Assembly (NCBI GenBank): GCA_023898605.1
Contig: CP060230.1
Location: forward strand, 67,944-131,943
DNA: 64,000 nt
Reading direction: 5' to 3'
Origin: Candidatus Nomurabacteria bacterium
GTDB taxonomy: Bacteria; Patescibacteriota; Minisyncoccia; Phycocordibacterales; UBA9973
The translations under genes were made by a program, and so were the position numbers. This document shows, in pieces, positions 42,487 to 52,677 of this stretch (positions are counted from its first letter, which is position 1; every line of letters begins with the position of its first letter). Below the pieces are notes generated by a model, which worked only from the letters and a program-made list of their open reading frames with translations, was not told where the DNA came from and did no database searches.

Positions 42487-42821
42487 AAATTATAGTTCAT
42501 TGGCTTATCCTAACTCTAGCGGTATTTGCTGTACCATATTTTGTTGGAGGTATATCAGTAGATAGTGTAGTTGTGGCGATTATTGTCGGTGCGTGTCTTG
42601 CGTTTATAAATATGGTTGTAAAACCTGTTATATCTATCCTAACTCTACCCATAAACATAATTACTCTAGGACTTTTCTCTTTAGTTATAAATGCGGGGCT
42701 TTTCTACCTAGTTTCGACAGTCGTCGAAGGTTTTAGTGTAGATGGGTTCATGCCGGCACTTTGGGGATCTCTGGTTGTTTCAATAATAAACTGGTTTTCT
42801 GGTAAAGTCGTAAGAGATTAA
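42483..42821 (+). CDS. Phage-holin-family / DUF360-like small membrane protein
   Basis: Four TM helices. Motifs VVKPVISILTLP and GLFSLVINAGLFYL resemble the holin-4 superfamily. Confidence 0.45.
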   Translation: MKIIVHWLILTLAVFAVPYFVGGISVDSVVVAIIVGACLAFINMVVKPVISILTLPINIITLGLFSLVINAGLFYLVSTVVEGFSVDGFMPALWGSLVVSIINWFSGKVVRD

Positions 42822-42822
42822 G

Positions 42823-43737
42823 GTGATAAAATTTTTCCAAAAAAGAAAAACTATAGTTACTCATGACTCGTCTTTTCACGCGGACGATCTTTTTGCTTGT
42901 GCAACGCTAAAAATCTTGTATCCAAATGCAAAAATAATAAGAACTAGAGACGAGAAGATAATCCAAAAGGGAGATATTGTTCTAGATGTTGGTGAAATAT
43001 ATGACGAAGATAAAAAAAGGTTTGATCACCACCAAAAAGAGGGTGCAGGTTTTCACGATATAGATACTTCTATTCCATATGCGTCTTTTGGGTTGATATG
43101 GAAAAATTTTGGATTAGAGATTTGTGGTGGCGACAAAGATGTATGGAGAAAAATAGAAAAAAATATTGTTCTGCCTATAGATGCGACAGACAACGGAGTA
43201 AGTACGATAAACCTCATAGGTAATGTTTCGCCATATTTTGCGCCCGAAACTTTTTTGGCGTTTTCTCCTTCGTGGAAAGAAGATAAATCAAATATAGATA
43301 AAATATTTCTTGAACAAGTTGAGAAAGTAAAGACACTGCTTTTACGAGAAATAAAAGTAGCCAAAGATGACATAGACGGAGAGAGACTTCTAGAAAAAGC
43401 ATATCAGGATGCAGAGGACAAAAGATTTTTGATTGTAGATGTAAATATGCCGAGACCTCTTTATCAGGGATATCTTCCGGTAAAAAGCGAAGTTTGCTTT
43501 CTTATATATCCATCTAGTGACAAAAAGAGTTGGAAAGCAGAATCTATAAGAGCTGATTTTGGGACAATGAACTCTAGAAGATATTTCCCTCAAAACTGGA
43601 GAGGGTTAGGAGAAGAAAAACTTCGAGAAGTTACTGGAATAGATGACGCTATCTTCTGTCACAGGGCTGGATTTCTAGTTATGGCTGAGACTTTCGAAAG
43701 TGTAAAAAAAATGGTAGAAATAGCACTACAAAACTAA
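42823..43737 (+). CDS. MYG1/UPF0160 family metal-dependent hydrolase
   Basis: N-terminus VTHDSSFHADDLFACATL matches the MYG1 signature THxGxFHADE. Confidence 0.65.
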   Translation: MIKFFQKRKTIVTHDSSFHADDLFACATLKILYPNAKIIRTRDEKIIQKGDIVLDVGEIYDEDKKRFDHHQKEGAGFHDIDTSIPYASFGLIWKNFGLEICGGDKDVWRKIEKNIVLPIDATDNGVSTINLIGNVSPYFAPETFLAFSPSWKEDKSNIDKIFLEQVEKVKTLLLREIKVAKDDIDGERLLEKAYQDAEDKRFLIVDVNMPRPLYQGYLPVKSEVCFLIYPSSDKKSWKAESIRADFGTMNSRRYFPQNWRGLGEEKLREVTGIDDAIFCHRAGFLVMAETFESVKKMVEIALQN

Positions 43738-43738
43738 T

Positions 43739-44713
43739 ATGCATTTAGTAGATGAAGTAAAAATAAAAGCAGTAGCCGGAAAGGGGGGTGACGGCGTCAT
43801 ACGTTGGCGTCATGAGAAATTCGAACCCAAAGGGGGTCCTGCTGGTGGAGATGGTGGACGCGGAGGAAGCGTTTATTTTGAGGCGGTCAGAGATCCGTTT
43901 TTACTTGCTAGTTATACTGACAAAAAGGTCTACAAGGCAGAAAATGGTATGCCAGGAAGTGACGGCAAGAAGAAAGGTAAAGACGGTGAAGATCTTGTTA
44001 TCAAGGTTCCAGTTGGATCAAAAATAATAAACCTTTCGACAGACGAAGAAGCAGAACTTCTAGAAGAAGGACAAAAAGTAAAAATGCTTTCTGGAGGAGA
44101 AGGTGGACTCGGAAATGATAGATTCAAGTCTTCTAGAGAAACAACTCCATATATAGCAACGCCGGGAAAGATTGGTGAAGAATCAGAGTTTTTGATAGAG
44201 CTATCTCTTCTTGCTGATATAGGACTTGTCGGTTTTCCAAATGCAGGAAAAAGCTCTCTTCTAAACTCTATAACAAACGCAAATGCAAAAGTTGGAGAGT
44301 ACGAGTTCACAACACTAGAACCAAACCTTGGAGACATGCACGGATTTGTTATTGCAGATATTCCGGGTCTTATAGAGGGTGCAAGCGAGGGTAGGGGACT
44401 TGGGAGTAAGTTTCTAAAACACATTTCTCATACAAGACTTATAGCTCACCTCGTATCTTGTGAGGCCGGTATGAATATGATGAAGGCCTACAAAGAAATA
44501 AGAAAAGAACTAGAATCATACGGTAGAGGTCTTTCAGAAAAGGACGAGATAATCATACTTTCTAAAACAGATGCCTTTACTGATAACAAAGAAATAGAAA
44601 AGAAAGTGGCTGATTTCAAGAAGCTCGGAAAACCAGTTTTTGCAGTATCTTTGTTTGACGAAGAATCTATCAAAAATCTAAAAGACGGTCTCGTAAAAAT
44701 ACTAGAGAAATAA
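43739..44713 (+). CDS. obg: GTPase Obg
   Basis: Obg-fold N-domain VAGKGGDGVIRWRHEKFEPKGGPAGGDGGRGGSVY. G1 motif GLVGFPNAGKSSLLN. Confidence 0.9.
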   Translation: MHLVDEVKIKAVAGKGGDGVIRWRHEKFEPKGGPAGGDGGRGGSVYFEAVRDPFLLASYTDKKVYKAENGMPGSDGKKKGKDGEDLVIKVPVGSKIINLSTDEEAELLEEGQKVKMLSGGEGGLGNDRFKSSRETTPYIATPGKIGEESEFLIELSLLADIGLVGFPNAGKSSLLNSITNANAKVGEYEFTTLEPNLGDMHGFVIADIPGLIEGASEGRGLGSKFLKHISHTRLIAHLVSCEAGMNMMKAYKEIRKELESYGRGLSEKDEIIILSKTDAFTDNKEIEKKVADFKKLGKPVFAVSLFDEESIKNLKDGLVKILEK

Positions 44714-44775
44714 AACCTTGATAATAGTGGATTTTGCTAGAGGCTTTATTTATGTATAATTGAATCTATATAAAT

Positions 44776-45831
44776 ATGCCACTAGACTTCATAAAAATCT
44801 TCTTGCCATCAACACTTTCTTTTCTGGTAGGTATTTTGGTAACTCCTAGACTTACGTATTATTTCTACAAATACAAAATGTGGAAGAGAGTGTCTAGAAA
44901 AGACAACTTTGTTGAAATGAGTGAAGAGTGGAAGAAAATCCACAATGAGAAAGAAGAAGTTTCTACTCCTAGAGTTGGTGGTATTGTGATCTGGCTATCT
45001 GTTTTTTTGATAACAGCTATACTCTGGGTTCTTTCTAGGGTTTCTTCTGGAGAAATAATAGAGAGATTTGATTATGTTAGTAGAAGTCAGACATGGCTTC
45101 CGTTTTTTGCACTACTTGTTGGAGGAATAGTTGGTCTTATAGAGGATTCACTAGAGATTTTTACAAGCAAAACTAAAACTCTTTCTCATGGACTCGACAA
45201 AAGAGTTCTTATATCGATTATCGTTGCGATAGGACTTTTCTTTGGATGGTGGTTCTTTGCAAAGCTCGGAGTTAGTACTGTTCATATACCGTTTGATGGC
45301 GATGTAAATCTCGGGATTTTGTTTATACCGTTTTTTATATTAGTTACACTCGGAATATTTTCTTCTAGAGTTATCGACGGTATAGACGGTCTTTCTGGTG
45401 GAGTTTTGGCGATTATATTTGCATCGTATTCACTTATAGCATTTTTCAATAATCAGATAGACCTGGCTACTTTTTCTGGAGTAGTTGCAGGAGCGATACT
45501 TGCGTTTCTTTGGTTCAATATACCACCAGCAAGATTCTATATGGGAGAAACGGGAATGCTGGCTCTTGCACTATCGCTTTCTATAGTTGTGTTTATGACA
45601 GGAGAAGTTTTGATGCTTATATTGATCGGTCTTCCTCTGGTTATTACTTCTATTTCTTCTGCACTACAGATTTTTTCAAAAAAATATTTTGGTAAAAAGG
45701 TTTTCAAGATCGCACCTCTACACCACCACTTTGAAGCACTAGGTTGGTCTAGACCCAAGATAGTTATGCGTTATTGGATTGTGTCGCTTGTTTGTGGGTT
45801 TTTGGGAGTCATAATCTCTATTGTTAGTTAA
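44776..45831 (+). CDS. mraY: Phospho-N-acetylmuramoyl-pentapeptide transferase MraY
   Basis: Motif APLHHHFEALGWSRPKIVMRYW. Ten TM helices. Confidence 0.85.
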   Translation: MPLDFIKIFLPSTLSFLVGILVTPRLTYYFYKYKMWKRVSRKDNFVEMSEEWKKIHNEKEEVSTPRVGGIVIWLSVFLITAILWVLSRVSSGEIIERFDYVSRSQTWLPFFALLVGGIVGLIEDSLEIFTSKTKTLSHGLDKRVLISIIVAIGLFFGWWFFAKLGVSTVHIPFDGDVNLGILFIPFFILVTLGIFSSRVIDGIDGLSGGVLAIIFASYSLIAFFNNQIDLATFSGVVAGAILAFLWFNIPPARFYMGETGMLALALSLSIVVFMTGEVLMLILIGLPLVITSISSALQIFSKKYFGKKVFKIAPLHHHFEALGWSRPKIVMRYWIVSLVCGFLGVIISIVS

Positions 45832-45845
45832 ACATAAAAATAGCT

Positions 45846-46964
45846 ATGTACACTTCGAAGAAAGGAGAAATAGATAAATTCTTTCTTTACACGACAATGG
45901 TGTTGGTTGGTTTTGGAGTACTAGCGTTTATTTCTGCGGCCTTTGGTATATATGCAAAAAGCCAGGAAAAGTTTTTTTCTATACTTTTTAGTCAGCTAGT
46001 TTTGGGACTTGGACTCGGACTTCTGGTTGCTTATTTTACATCGAAAGTAAATTACAAATTTTGGAGAAAACACTCACTAGTTTTTTTTATAATTTCTATC
46101 GTGGCGTGTCTTTTGGTTTTTGTTCCCGGAATAGGTGTTTTGTATAACGGAGCAAGGCGTTGGATATCGATAGGACCCATATCTTTCCAGCCTGCAGAGT
46201 TTTTGAAAATTGCAGTTATATTATATCTTTCTGCATGGCTTTCTTTTGTAAGGAACAAGCCAAAAAATTTCTGGTGGAGTTTGGTCCCGCTAGTTGCGAT
46301 TTTAGGAGTGGCGGGAATTATTCTTGGTTTTCAACCAGACACAAAGAGTTTTATTCTCATAGTTGCTGCATCTCTTGTCATGATTTTTGTTTCCGGAGTT
46401 AGTTTCAAGTATATAGGTATAGCTCTTGCGCTTATCGCAGTAACTTTGACACTTATGATACTTTTTAGGCCATATGTTGCTACTAGAATAAAAACATATG
46501 TTGACCCTAGTTCTGACCCTCTCGGTTCTTCGTGGCAGATAGATAACTCAATGATCGCTATTGGTTCGGGGGGATTTTTTGGTAGAGGTTATGGCCAGAG
46601 TATCCAAAAGTTCACATATCTTCCAGAACCACACGGAGACTCTATATTTGCAGTAATAGGGGAGGAAATGGGATTTTTGGGGACAACATTTTTGGTTTTG
46701 CTGTACGCAGCTTTTGGTTTGAGAGGTTTCAAGATAGCCATGATGGCACCAGACACGTATAGTCGATTTTTGGTTGTTGGTATAATCGGACTACTTTTGT
46801 CTCAGTCCTTTCTCAATATTCTTTCTATGACCGGACTTTTCCCACTAACGGGAGTACCTCTTGTTTTTGTAAGTCACGGCGGTACATCTCTGCTTTTCTC
46901 ATTTTTTGCTGTCGGTATAGTTATGAACGTATCTAGATACACCAAAATAACATCTTTGGTATAA
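45846..46964 (+). CDS. ftsW: SEDS-family peptidoglycan glycosyltransferase FtsW/RodA
   Basis: Blocks PAEFLKI, PEPHGDSIFAVIGEEMGFLG and GVPLVFVSHGGTSLL. Confidence 0.85.
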   Translation: MYTSKKGEIDKFFLYTTMVLVGFGVLAFISAAFGIYAKSQEKFFSILFSQLVLGLGLGLLVAYFTSKVNYKFWRKHSLVFFIISIVACLLVFVPGIGVLYNGARRWISIGPISFQPAEFLKIAVILYLSAWLSFVRNKPKNFWWSLVPLVAILGVAGIILGFQPDTKSFILIVAASLVMIFVSGVSFKYIGIALALIAVTLTLMILFRPYVATRIKTYVDPSSDPLGSSWQIDNSMIAIGSGGFFGRGYGQSIQKFTYLPEPHGDSIFAVIGEEMGFLGTTFLVLLYAAFGLRGFKIAMMAPDTYSRFLVVGIIGLLLSQSFLNILSMTGLFPLTGVPLVFVSHGGTSLLFSFFAVGIVMNVSRYTKITSLV

Positions 46965-46973
46965 TATAGTCCT

Positions 46974-48110
46974 ATGAGAATACTTTTTGCTGGAGGAGGC
47001 ACAGGAGGACATTTTTACCCGATAATCGCTGTTGCCGAGGAATTAAACGCACTTGCTGACAAAGAAAAAATAATAGAACTAAAACTTCACTACGCCTCTA
47101 CAGAACCGTATGACAATGCGGCGCTTCTTAGAAACGGGATCAAGTTTGAACAAATATATGCTGGAAAAGTTAGAATATATTTTTCTCCAAAAAACATTAT
47201 AGATATATTCAAAACTTTTGTTGGTTTTATCAAAGCCCTAGGGATGGTCTATAGACTTTATCCAGATGTTGTTTTCTCCAAGGGTGGTTACGCGAGTGTC
47301 CCTACTGTTTTGGCGGCGAGAATTTTAGGTATACCTGTTATCATTCACGATTCAGATTCAGTTCCCGGAAGGGCGAATCTTTTTGCTGGTAAGTTTGCAA
47401 AACGAATCGCGCTTTCTTTTGAGTCTGCAGCGAGTTATTTCAAACACAAAGATAGGATTGCCATAACAGGACAACCAGTAAGACGTGACTTGCGCGAGGC
47501 GACTAGAGAGGGTGCATATGAGCATTTTGATCTTGATCCAACCAAAAAGACAATACTTATATTTTGCGGTTCACAAGGTGCACAAAAAATAAACGATATA
47601 GTTTTGGATACACTGCCACATATCTTGAAAGAGTATCAGGTTATACATCAAACTGGAGACAAGAACAAAGATATAGTTATGAAAGAGGCAAAAGTAATCC
47701 TAGGAAAAGATTACGAAACCCTTTCAAAAAATTACAAAGTTTTTGGTTTTCTAAACACACTTTCTACAAAACTTGCTGGTGGGATTGCTGATGTTTCGAT
47801 AGCTAGAGCGGGATCTTCTATTTTTGAACTTTCACTTTGGGGCGTGCCGTCTATATTGATACCAATAACAAGTTCGAATGGTGATCACCAAAGAAAGAAT
47901 GCATATGCAGTAGCTAGAACTGGCGGGGCAGTGGTTATAGAAGAAGCAAACATGAAAGATACAATAATAATCTCCGAAATAGAAAGAATACTCAAAAATG
48001 AGACACTTCATGATCAAATGTCTAGAGATATAAAACATTTTGCTACACCCGACTCAGCGGGAATAATAGCGGGGGAGATATTGCGTGTTGCTCTAGATCA
48101 CGAAAAATAA
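46974..48110 (+). CDS. murG: UDP-GlcNAc:undecaprenyl-PP-MurNAc-pentapeptide GlcNAc transferase MurG
   Basis: N-terminus MRILFAGGGTGGHFYP. GT-B glycosyltransferase, GT28 family. Confidence 0.85.
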   Translation: MRILFAGGGTGGHFYPIIAVAEELNALADKEKIIELKLHYASTEPYDNAALLRNGIKFEQIYAGKVRIYFSPKNIIDIFKTFVGFIKALGMVYRLYPDVVFSKGGYASVPTVLAARILGIPVIIHDSDSVPGRANLFAGKFAKRIALSFESAASYFKHKDRIAITGQPVRRDLREATREGAYEHFDLDPTKKTILIFCGSQGAQKINDIVLDTLPHILKEYQVIHQTGDKNKDIVMKEAKVILGKDYETLSKNYKVFGFLNTLSTKLAGGIADVSIARAGSSIFELSLWGVPSILIPITSSNGDHQRKNAYAVARTGGAVVIEEANMKDTIIISEIERILKNETLHDQMSRDIKHFATPDSAGIIAGEILRVALDHEK

Positions 48111-48150
48111 AAAAGATGAAAATATAAGGATTTTTTGCTAGAATGGTGGC

Positions 48151-49491
48151 ATGAAAGAAAATGGAGTAGTAACAAGATTTGCACCGTCTCCCACTGGGAG
48201 ATTTCATGTTGGAGGAGTCAGAACAGCTCTTTATAACTACCTTTTTGCAAGACATACTGGTGGCAAGTTTATTCTAAGAATAGAAGATACAGACAAAGAA
48301 AGATCTAAGAAAGAATATGAAGACGAAATCATGGATCTTTTCTCATGGCTTGGACTAGAGCATGACGAATTCTATAGACAGTCTGATAGAACTTCTACAT
48401 ACAGGAAATATCTTGAGAAGATGATAGAAGAGGGAACTGCTTATGTCTCAAAAGAAGAAAATCCAAAAGAAGGACAAAGAGATGAAGTTATAAGATTTAA
48501 AAATCCAAACAAAGAAGTTACTTTCAAAGACGAGATTTTGGGAGAAATAACGTTTGATACAACAGAGCTTGCAGATTTCGTTATTGCTAGAGATTTGGAC
48601 AACCCTGTTTATCACTTTACTGTTGTGGTAGATGATTTTGAGATGGGCGTTACACATATCATAAGAGGACAAGAACATATTTCAAATACACCAAGACAAC
48701 TACTTCTTCAAGAAGCTATCGGAGCGACACGTCCTTTGTATGCTCATATACCACTTATACTTTCGAAAGATAAAACAAAACTTTCAAAAAGAGATCCATC
48801 TGTTGTACCTGCGATTGAATATAGAGATTTGGGTTATCTTCCAGAAGCACTACTGAACTTTTTAGCGCTTATTGGATGGAACCCCGGTGGAGACAAAGAA
48901 GTTTTTTCAAAAGATGAACTTGTAAAAATGTTTGATATATCCAAGGTCCAAAAGAGTGGGGGAGTTTTCAATAATGAAAAACTAGAATGGTTTAATCGTG
49001 AGCATATAAAACTTCTAAGCCAGGAAGAAAAGATAGATGCAATAGTAAAAAACCTAACAGATGAATTCAAAAATGACCCAAATTTTTCTGAAGAAAAGAT
49101 AGGGAAGGGGGTAGAGGCCATCCTAGAGAGAATATCCGTTTTTGGTGAAATAAGCTCTCTGTGCGCCTCTGGAGAGCTAAATTGGCTTATAAAACAGCCT
49201 GTTTATGACGGAAAAATGCTCCTGTGGAAAACTTCTACAGCCGATTCTACCAAAAACCATCTTAATAAGGTTTTGTCAATAGTTCAAGATTTGGACTCTA
49301 ATGGCGACGCTTCTTACTGGAAAGAAAACATTTTTCCTTATGCAGATGAAGTTGGTCGTGGTGATGTTCTCTGGCCCCTACGCGTATCTCTATCTGGCTT
49401 AGAAAAATCCCCTGACCCTTTTACACTCATGAGTATTCTTGGCAAAGATGAATCTATTTCTAGGATTAAGTTTGCTATAGGCCTATGCTAA
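48151..49491 (+). CDS. gltX: Glutamyl-tRNA synthetase
   Basis: N-terminus RFAPSPTGRFHVGGVRTALYNYLFAR..RIEDTD and KLSKRD (KMSKS). Confidence 0.85.
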   Translation: MKENGVVTRFAPSPTGRFHVGGVRTALYNYLFARHTGGKFILRIEDTDKERSKKEYEDEIMDLFSWLGLEHDEFYRQSDRTSTYRKYLEKMIEEGTAYVSKEENPKEGQRDEVIRFKNPNKEVTFKDEILGEITFDTTELADFVIARDLDNPVYHFTVVVDDFEMGVTHIIRGQEHISNTPRQLLLQEAIGATRPLYAHIPLILSKDKTKLSKRDPSVVPAIEYRDLGYLPEALLNFLALIGWNPGGDKEVFSKDELVKMFDISKVQKSGGVFNNEKLEWFNREHIKLLSQEEKIDAIVKNLTDEFKNDPNFSEEKIGKGVEAILERISVFGEISSLCASGELNWLIKQPVYDGKMLLWKTSTADSTKNHLNKVLSIVQDLDSNGDASYWKENIFPYADEVGRGDVLWPLRVSLSGLEKSPDPFTLMSILGKDESISRIKFAIGLC

Positions 49492-50786
49492 AGACTTTCT
49501 TTAGATATTTAGCATCTTTTCTTATTTTGTTTTCGATGACGTTTTCTAGCGCTCTCGCTAATAGTGCTGTTACTGATCTTGAAAACAAAATAGAAAGCCA
49601 CCAAACTGAAATAGAAAAACTAAACCAAGAACTAGAGATTTTTCAACGAGAATTGAATAGTCTTTCTCAAGAAAAGAATACTTTATCAAATGAGGTAAAG
49701 AAGCTAGATATCACAAAAAAGAAACTAGAAACAGACATAAGGCTGACTGAAGAAAAGATAACAAAAACAGATCTTTCGATAAAAGAACTCGGTATCGATA
49801 TAACAAACAAAGATGAACTTATAAAAAACAAAAAGACTGCTATAGCAAAGGCTTTGAGACAGCTCTATGATGATTCAGGACAAAACAGTCTCATATTTTA
49901 TATTGCTAGCGGTAAAACTCTAGCTGATACTTGGAGACACGCAGATAGCATACTTAGATTCCAAGAAGAACTAGAACAAGATATAGTAGAACTTTCTGAC
50001 ACAAAACAACTTCTAGAAGCTGATAAGAAAGAAGCTGAGAGCTTAAAAGAAGAGCTTATATCACTCAAGTCAGAACTTGGAGACCAAAAAAAGATAGTTG
50101 TTTCAAACGAAACAGAAAAGAATAATCTTCTTTCTGAAACAAAGAATCAAGAATCTAAATATGCAGCTCTTGTCAAAGAAAAGGAAGCTCTTATTGCTGC
50201 TTTTGAAGCAGAACTTCAGGCTTATGAGTCTGAACTCCAATACATACTTGATCCATCCAAACTTCCGGCACCAGGTTCAGGACCACTTGGTTGGCCGCTT
50301 TCTAGTGTTCTTATAACACAGCAGTTTGGAGTTACCGCAGACTCTGGGAGGCTTTATGCAACTGGTTCGCACTCAGGAGTAGACTTTAGAGCATCTACAG
50401 GAACGCCGGTCTTTGCTATGGCAAACGGTACAGTGGTTGATTATGGAGATACAGATATAGCTTGTAGAGGTGCATCTTTTGGTAAATGGGTTCTTATAAG
50501 GTATTCAAATGGTCTTGCGGCTACATTTGGACACTTATCACTTGTAAAGGTCTCAAAGGGCCAAATGGTGACTCCAAATACGCTCATAGCTTATAGTGGT
50601 AATACAGGTAGATCTACAGCGCCACATCTACACGTAACAGTTTACGCTGGAGATGCGGTCAAAGTTGAAGGTAAAGAATCCTTGGCATGTACTGGTAAGA
50701 TTTTGGTTCAGCCAAGAGCGGCGACAAATGCATATCTTGATCCACTTCTTTATATGCCGAAAACAACTTCCTCAATGTTTAAGTAA
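49485..50786 (+). CDS. M23-family peptidoglycan endopeptidase with N-terminal coiled coil (EnvC-like)
   Basis: Signal peptide and a long coiled coil. M23 motifs HSGVDFRASTGTPV and GNTGRSTAPHLHVTVY. Confidence 0.8.
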   Translation: MLKTFFRYLASFLILFSMTFSSALANSAVTDLENKIESHQTEIEKLNQELEIFQRELNSLSQEKNTLSNEVKKLDITKKKLETDIRLTEEKITKTDLSIKELGIDITNKDELIKNKKTAIAKALRQLYDDSGQNSLIFYIASGKTLADTWRHADSILRFQEELEQDIVELSDTKQLLEADKKEAESLKEELISLKSELGDQKKIVVSNETEKNNLLSETKNQESKYAALVKEKEALIAAFEAELQAYESELQYILDPSKLPAPGSGPLGWPLSSVLITQQFGVTADSGRLYATGSHSGVDFRASTGTPVFAMANGTVVDYGDTDIACRGASFGKWVLIRYSNGLAATFGHLSLVKVSKGQMVTPNTLIAYSGNTGRSTAPHLHVTVYAGDAVKVEGKESLACTGKILVQPRAATNAYLDPLLYMPKTTSSMFK

Positions 50787-51000
50787 TTTATTTTTCTAAA
50801 GCCCGCCAAAACAATAGGCGGGTTTTTGTATGCTAGACACCAGGGATTGAAGAGCCTTTATAAGTAGACTATTTCTCCCTTATATAATGTCGCAAAAGGT
50901 ATATTGTGCGACTATATATTTATTTATGTATATAATATAAAAACAAAATAAGGGTTGCCCCCTATCTCCCGATCTATGACACAACTCTTAAAAAACAACT

Positions 51001-51447
51001 TTAGCTATTTGAACATTCTCTCCAGATTGCTACGAGTTGATTATATTCTGTAATTAATTCTTCAGTTTCTTGATAAAAACTATTGTAGTATTGTGCGTCT
51101 TGGTTATAGTTTTCAACTCGATCTTTGTAACCAGTCTCATATGGCGCATACGGCTTTTCTAGGGATTCTTTTTCTATATCTAAACTAAGCTTTAGATCGT
51201 CTAACTCAAGCCTTCTTTTTTCTATGTCTTCATACATTTCTTTTTCTGGAGGCAAACATATGTCTGATATATCTTTTCCAGTAGTAAAGTATGAGTCAAC
51301 AATAAGAACATTTTTGTCTTCTCCAACCTTATACTTGTAATATGCTTTCTTGATGTCTTCTTTGAGTAGAGTTATTGTAACAACAACAAAAAGTACAACA
51401 AACATATTTATTATTATTCTATTTCTAGCACCTTTAGTTATTGCCAT
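51001..51447 (-). CDS. Hypothetical membrane-anchored protein
   Basis: N-terminal TM helix. Overlaps the upstream gene by 10 nt, so the two form an operon pair. Confidence 0.4.
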   Translation of the reverse strand: MAITKGARNRIIINMFVVLFVVVTITLLKEDIKKAYYKYKVGEDKNVLIVDSYFTTGKDISDICLPPEKEMYEDIEKRRLELDDLKLSLDIEKESLEKPYAPYETGYKDRVENYNQDAQYYNSFYQETEELITEYNQLVAIWRECSNS

Positions 51448-51848
51448 AAGTCATCACAAACTTTTGATTTTTCGTAACCAGCGTCTTCAGCTGATTCTTG
51501 AGTTTCAAAAAATATTTTATTGTCTTCTTTTATACTGTTTGCACCGCTACATCCTACAGAATAGTACTTTTGGCCATTGATAGAGGCTACATAGTTTGAA
51601 GGTCCGTTTGTAGGTCTCGAAACACTGGTATTTTGCCCCAGGACTTCCCCGTCCAGATTTTCAGAATAAGAGTAACCATAAACATAGACATTTTGGTCTT
51701 TTTCTTCGGTTTTTTGCTTGTCTACAGAGAGTCTACCTAGCCCAAATGAGATTATTCCTGTCATGACAAGGACAATAAGCGTAAATACCTCCATTTTATC
51801 AACCCCGGCTCCCCTGCCCTTGATATTTTTGGCTATATTTGTTATCAT
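51438..51848 (-). CDS. Hypothetical membrane-anchored protein with C-terminal Ada-N-like motif (GCSGANSI..N.IFF.T..EA..AGY...C)
   Basis: N-terminal TM helix. The C-terminal 40 aa follow the spacing of the Ada metal-binding domain, but only 2 Cys are present. Confidence 0.35.
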   Translation of the reverse strand: MITNIAKNIKGRGAGVDKMEVFTLIVLVMTGIISFGLGRLSVDKQKTEEKDQNVYVYGYSYSENLDGEVLGQNTSVSRPTNGPSNYVASINGQKYYSVGCSGANSIKEDNKIFFETQESAEDAGYEKSKVCDDLWQ

Positions 51849-51904
51849 ATATCCACCTGATTATAACACATTATAGCAGTAATAACCTTTATTTTTATTG
51901 ATTT

Positions 51905-52183
51905 ATGGCACATAGAAAGGCTGCCGGAACAGCCAAAAACTTAAGAGATTCAAATCCAAAGTACCTAGGTACCAAGCTTTACGATGGACAAGTTGCCAAA
52001 GCTGGTAGTGTTATCGTAAGACAAAGAGGATCAAAAATACTAGCTGGAAACAATGTTTCTATGGGTAAAGATCATACTCTTTTCGCTCTAAAGCCTGGAA
52101 CAGTTAGGTTTGGCTCAAAAAGAAAAACAAACTTTGATGGAAGTGTATCTAGAAAAAAAGTAGTACACGTTGATCAAAAATAA
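51905..52183 (+). CDS. rpmA: Ribosomal protein L27
   Basis: [22 protein letters not shown]...[22 protein letters not shown]. Confidence 0.9.
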   Translation: MAHRKAAGTAKNLRDSNPKYLGTKLYDGQVAKAGSVIVRQRGSKILAGNNVSMGKDHTLFALKPGTVRFGSKRKTNFDGSVSRKKVVHVDQK

Positions 52184-52186
52184 AAA

Positions 52187-52211
52187 CTCCGCGAATCTCG
52201 CGGAGTTTTTA
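52187..52211. terminator. Bidirectional terminator between rpmA and rplI
   Basis: CTCCGCGA-ATC-TCGCGGAG with a flanking A-run and T-run. Confidence 0.65.
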
Positions 52212-52217
52212 TTTTGT

Positions 52218-52667
52218 TTAATCTTCTTTTCTCGAAACAACTAATTCTAGGTTTTCATCTACACTATCTCTCACAACTCTAACGGTATATATTCCAAGCT
52301 GTTTTATGTGTTCAGCCAGTTTTATGTAGTCTTTTGGTATAGTAATACCAAACGTTTTCTTTATTTCTTCGCTTATTCTTTCTTCGTGTATAACTGAATA
52401 AAGTACGCCTTTTTCGTTTGCCTTTTCTTCTAGATGTATTTTTTGACCTCTGATTTTTTCTAGTTCTTTTTCAAATAGACTTGATTGGATGTCTTTTTCT
52501 GCAACTAGGCTAGCTTTTCTTTTTTGTAATTTATCTACAGATTTTGAATCTGCTGGTATGGCTAATTGTTTTGGTATGAGGTAGTTCTGGGCGTATCCAG
52601 AGTTAACTTCTTTTATTTCGTCTTTTTGTCCTACTTTCGGAACAGATTTCAAGAGTATTACTTTCAT
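52218..52667 (-). CDS. rplI: Ribosomal protein L9
   Basis: N-terminus MKVILLKSVPKVGQKDEIKEVNSGYAQNYLIPK. Confidence 0.85.
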   Translation of the reverse strand: MKVILLKSVPKVGQKDEIKEVNSGYAQNYLIPKQLAIPADSKSVDKLQKRKASLVAEKDIQSSLFEKELEKIRGQKIHLEEKANEKGVLYSVIHEERISEEIKKTFGITIPKDYIKLAEHIKQLGIYTVRVVRDSVDENLELVVSRKED

Positions 52668-52677
52668 ATTCTTTGGG

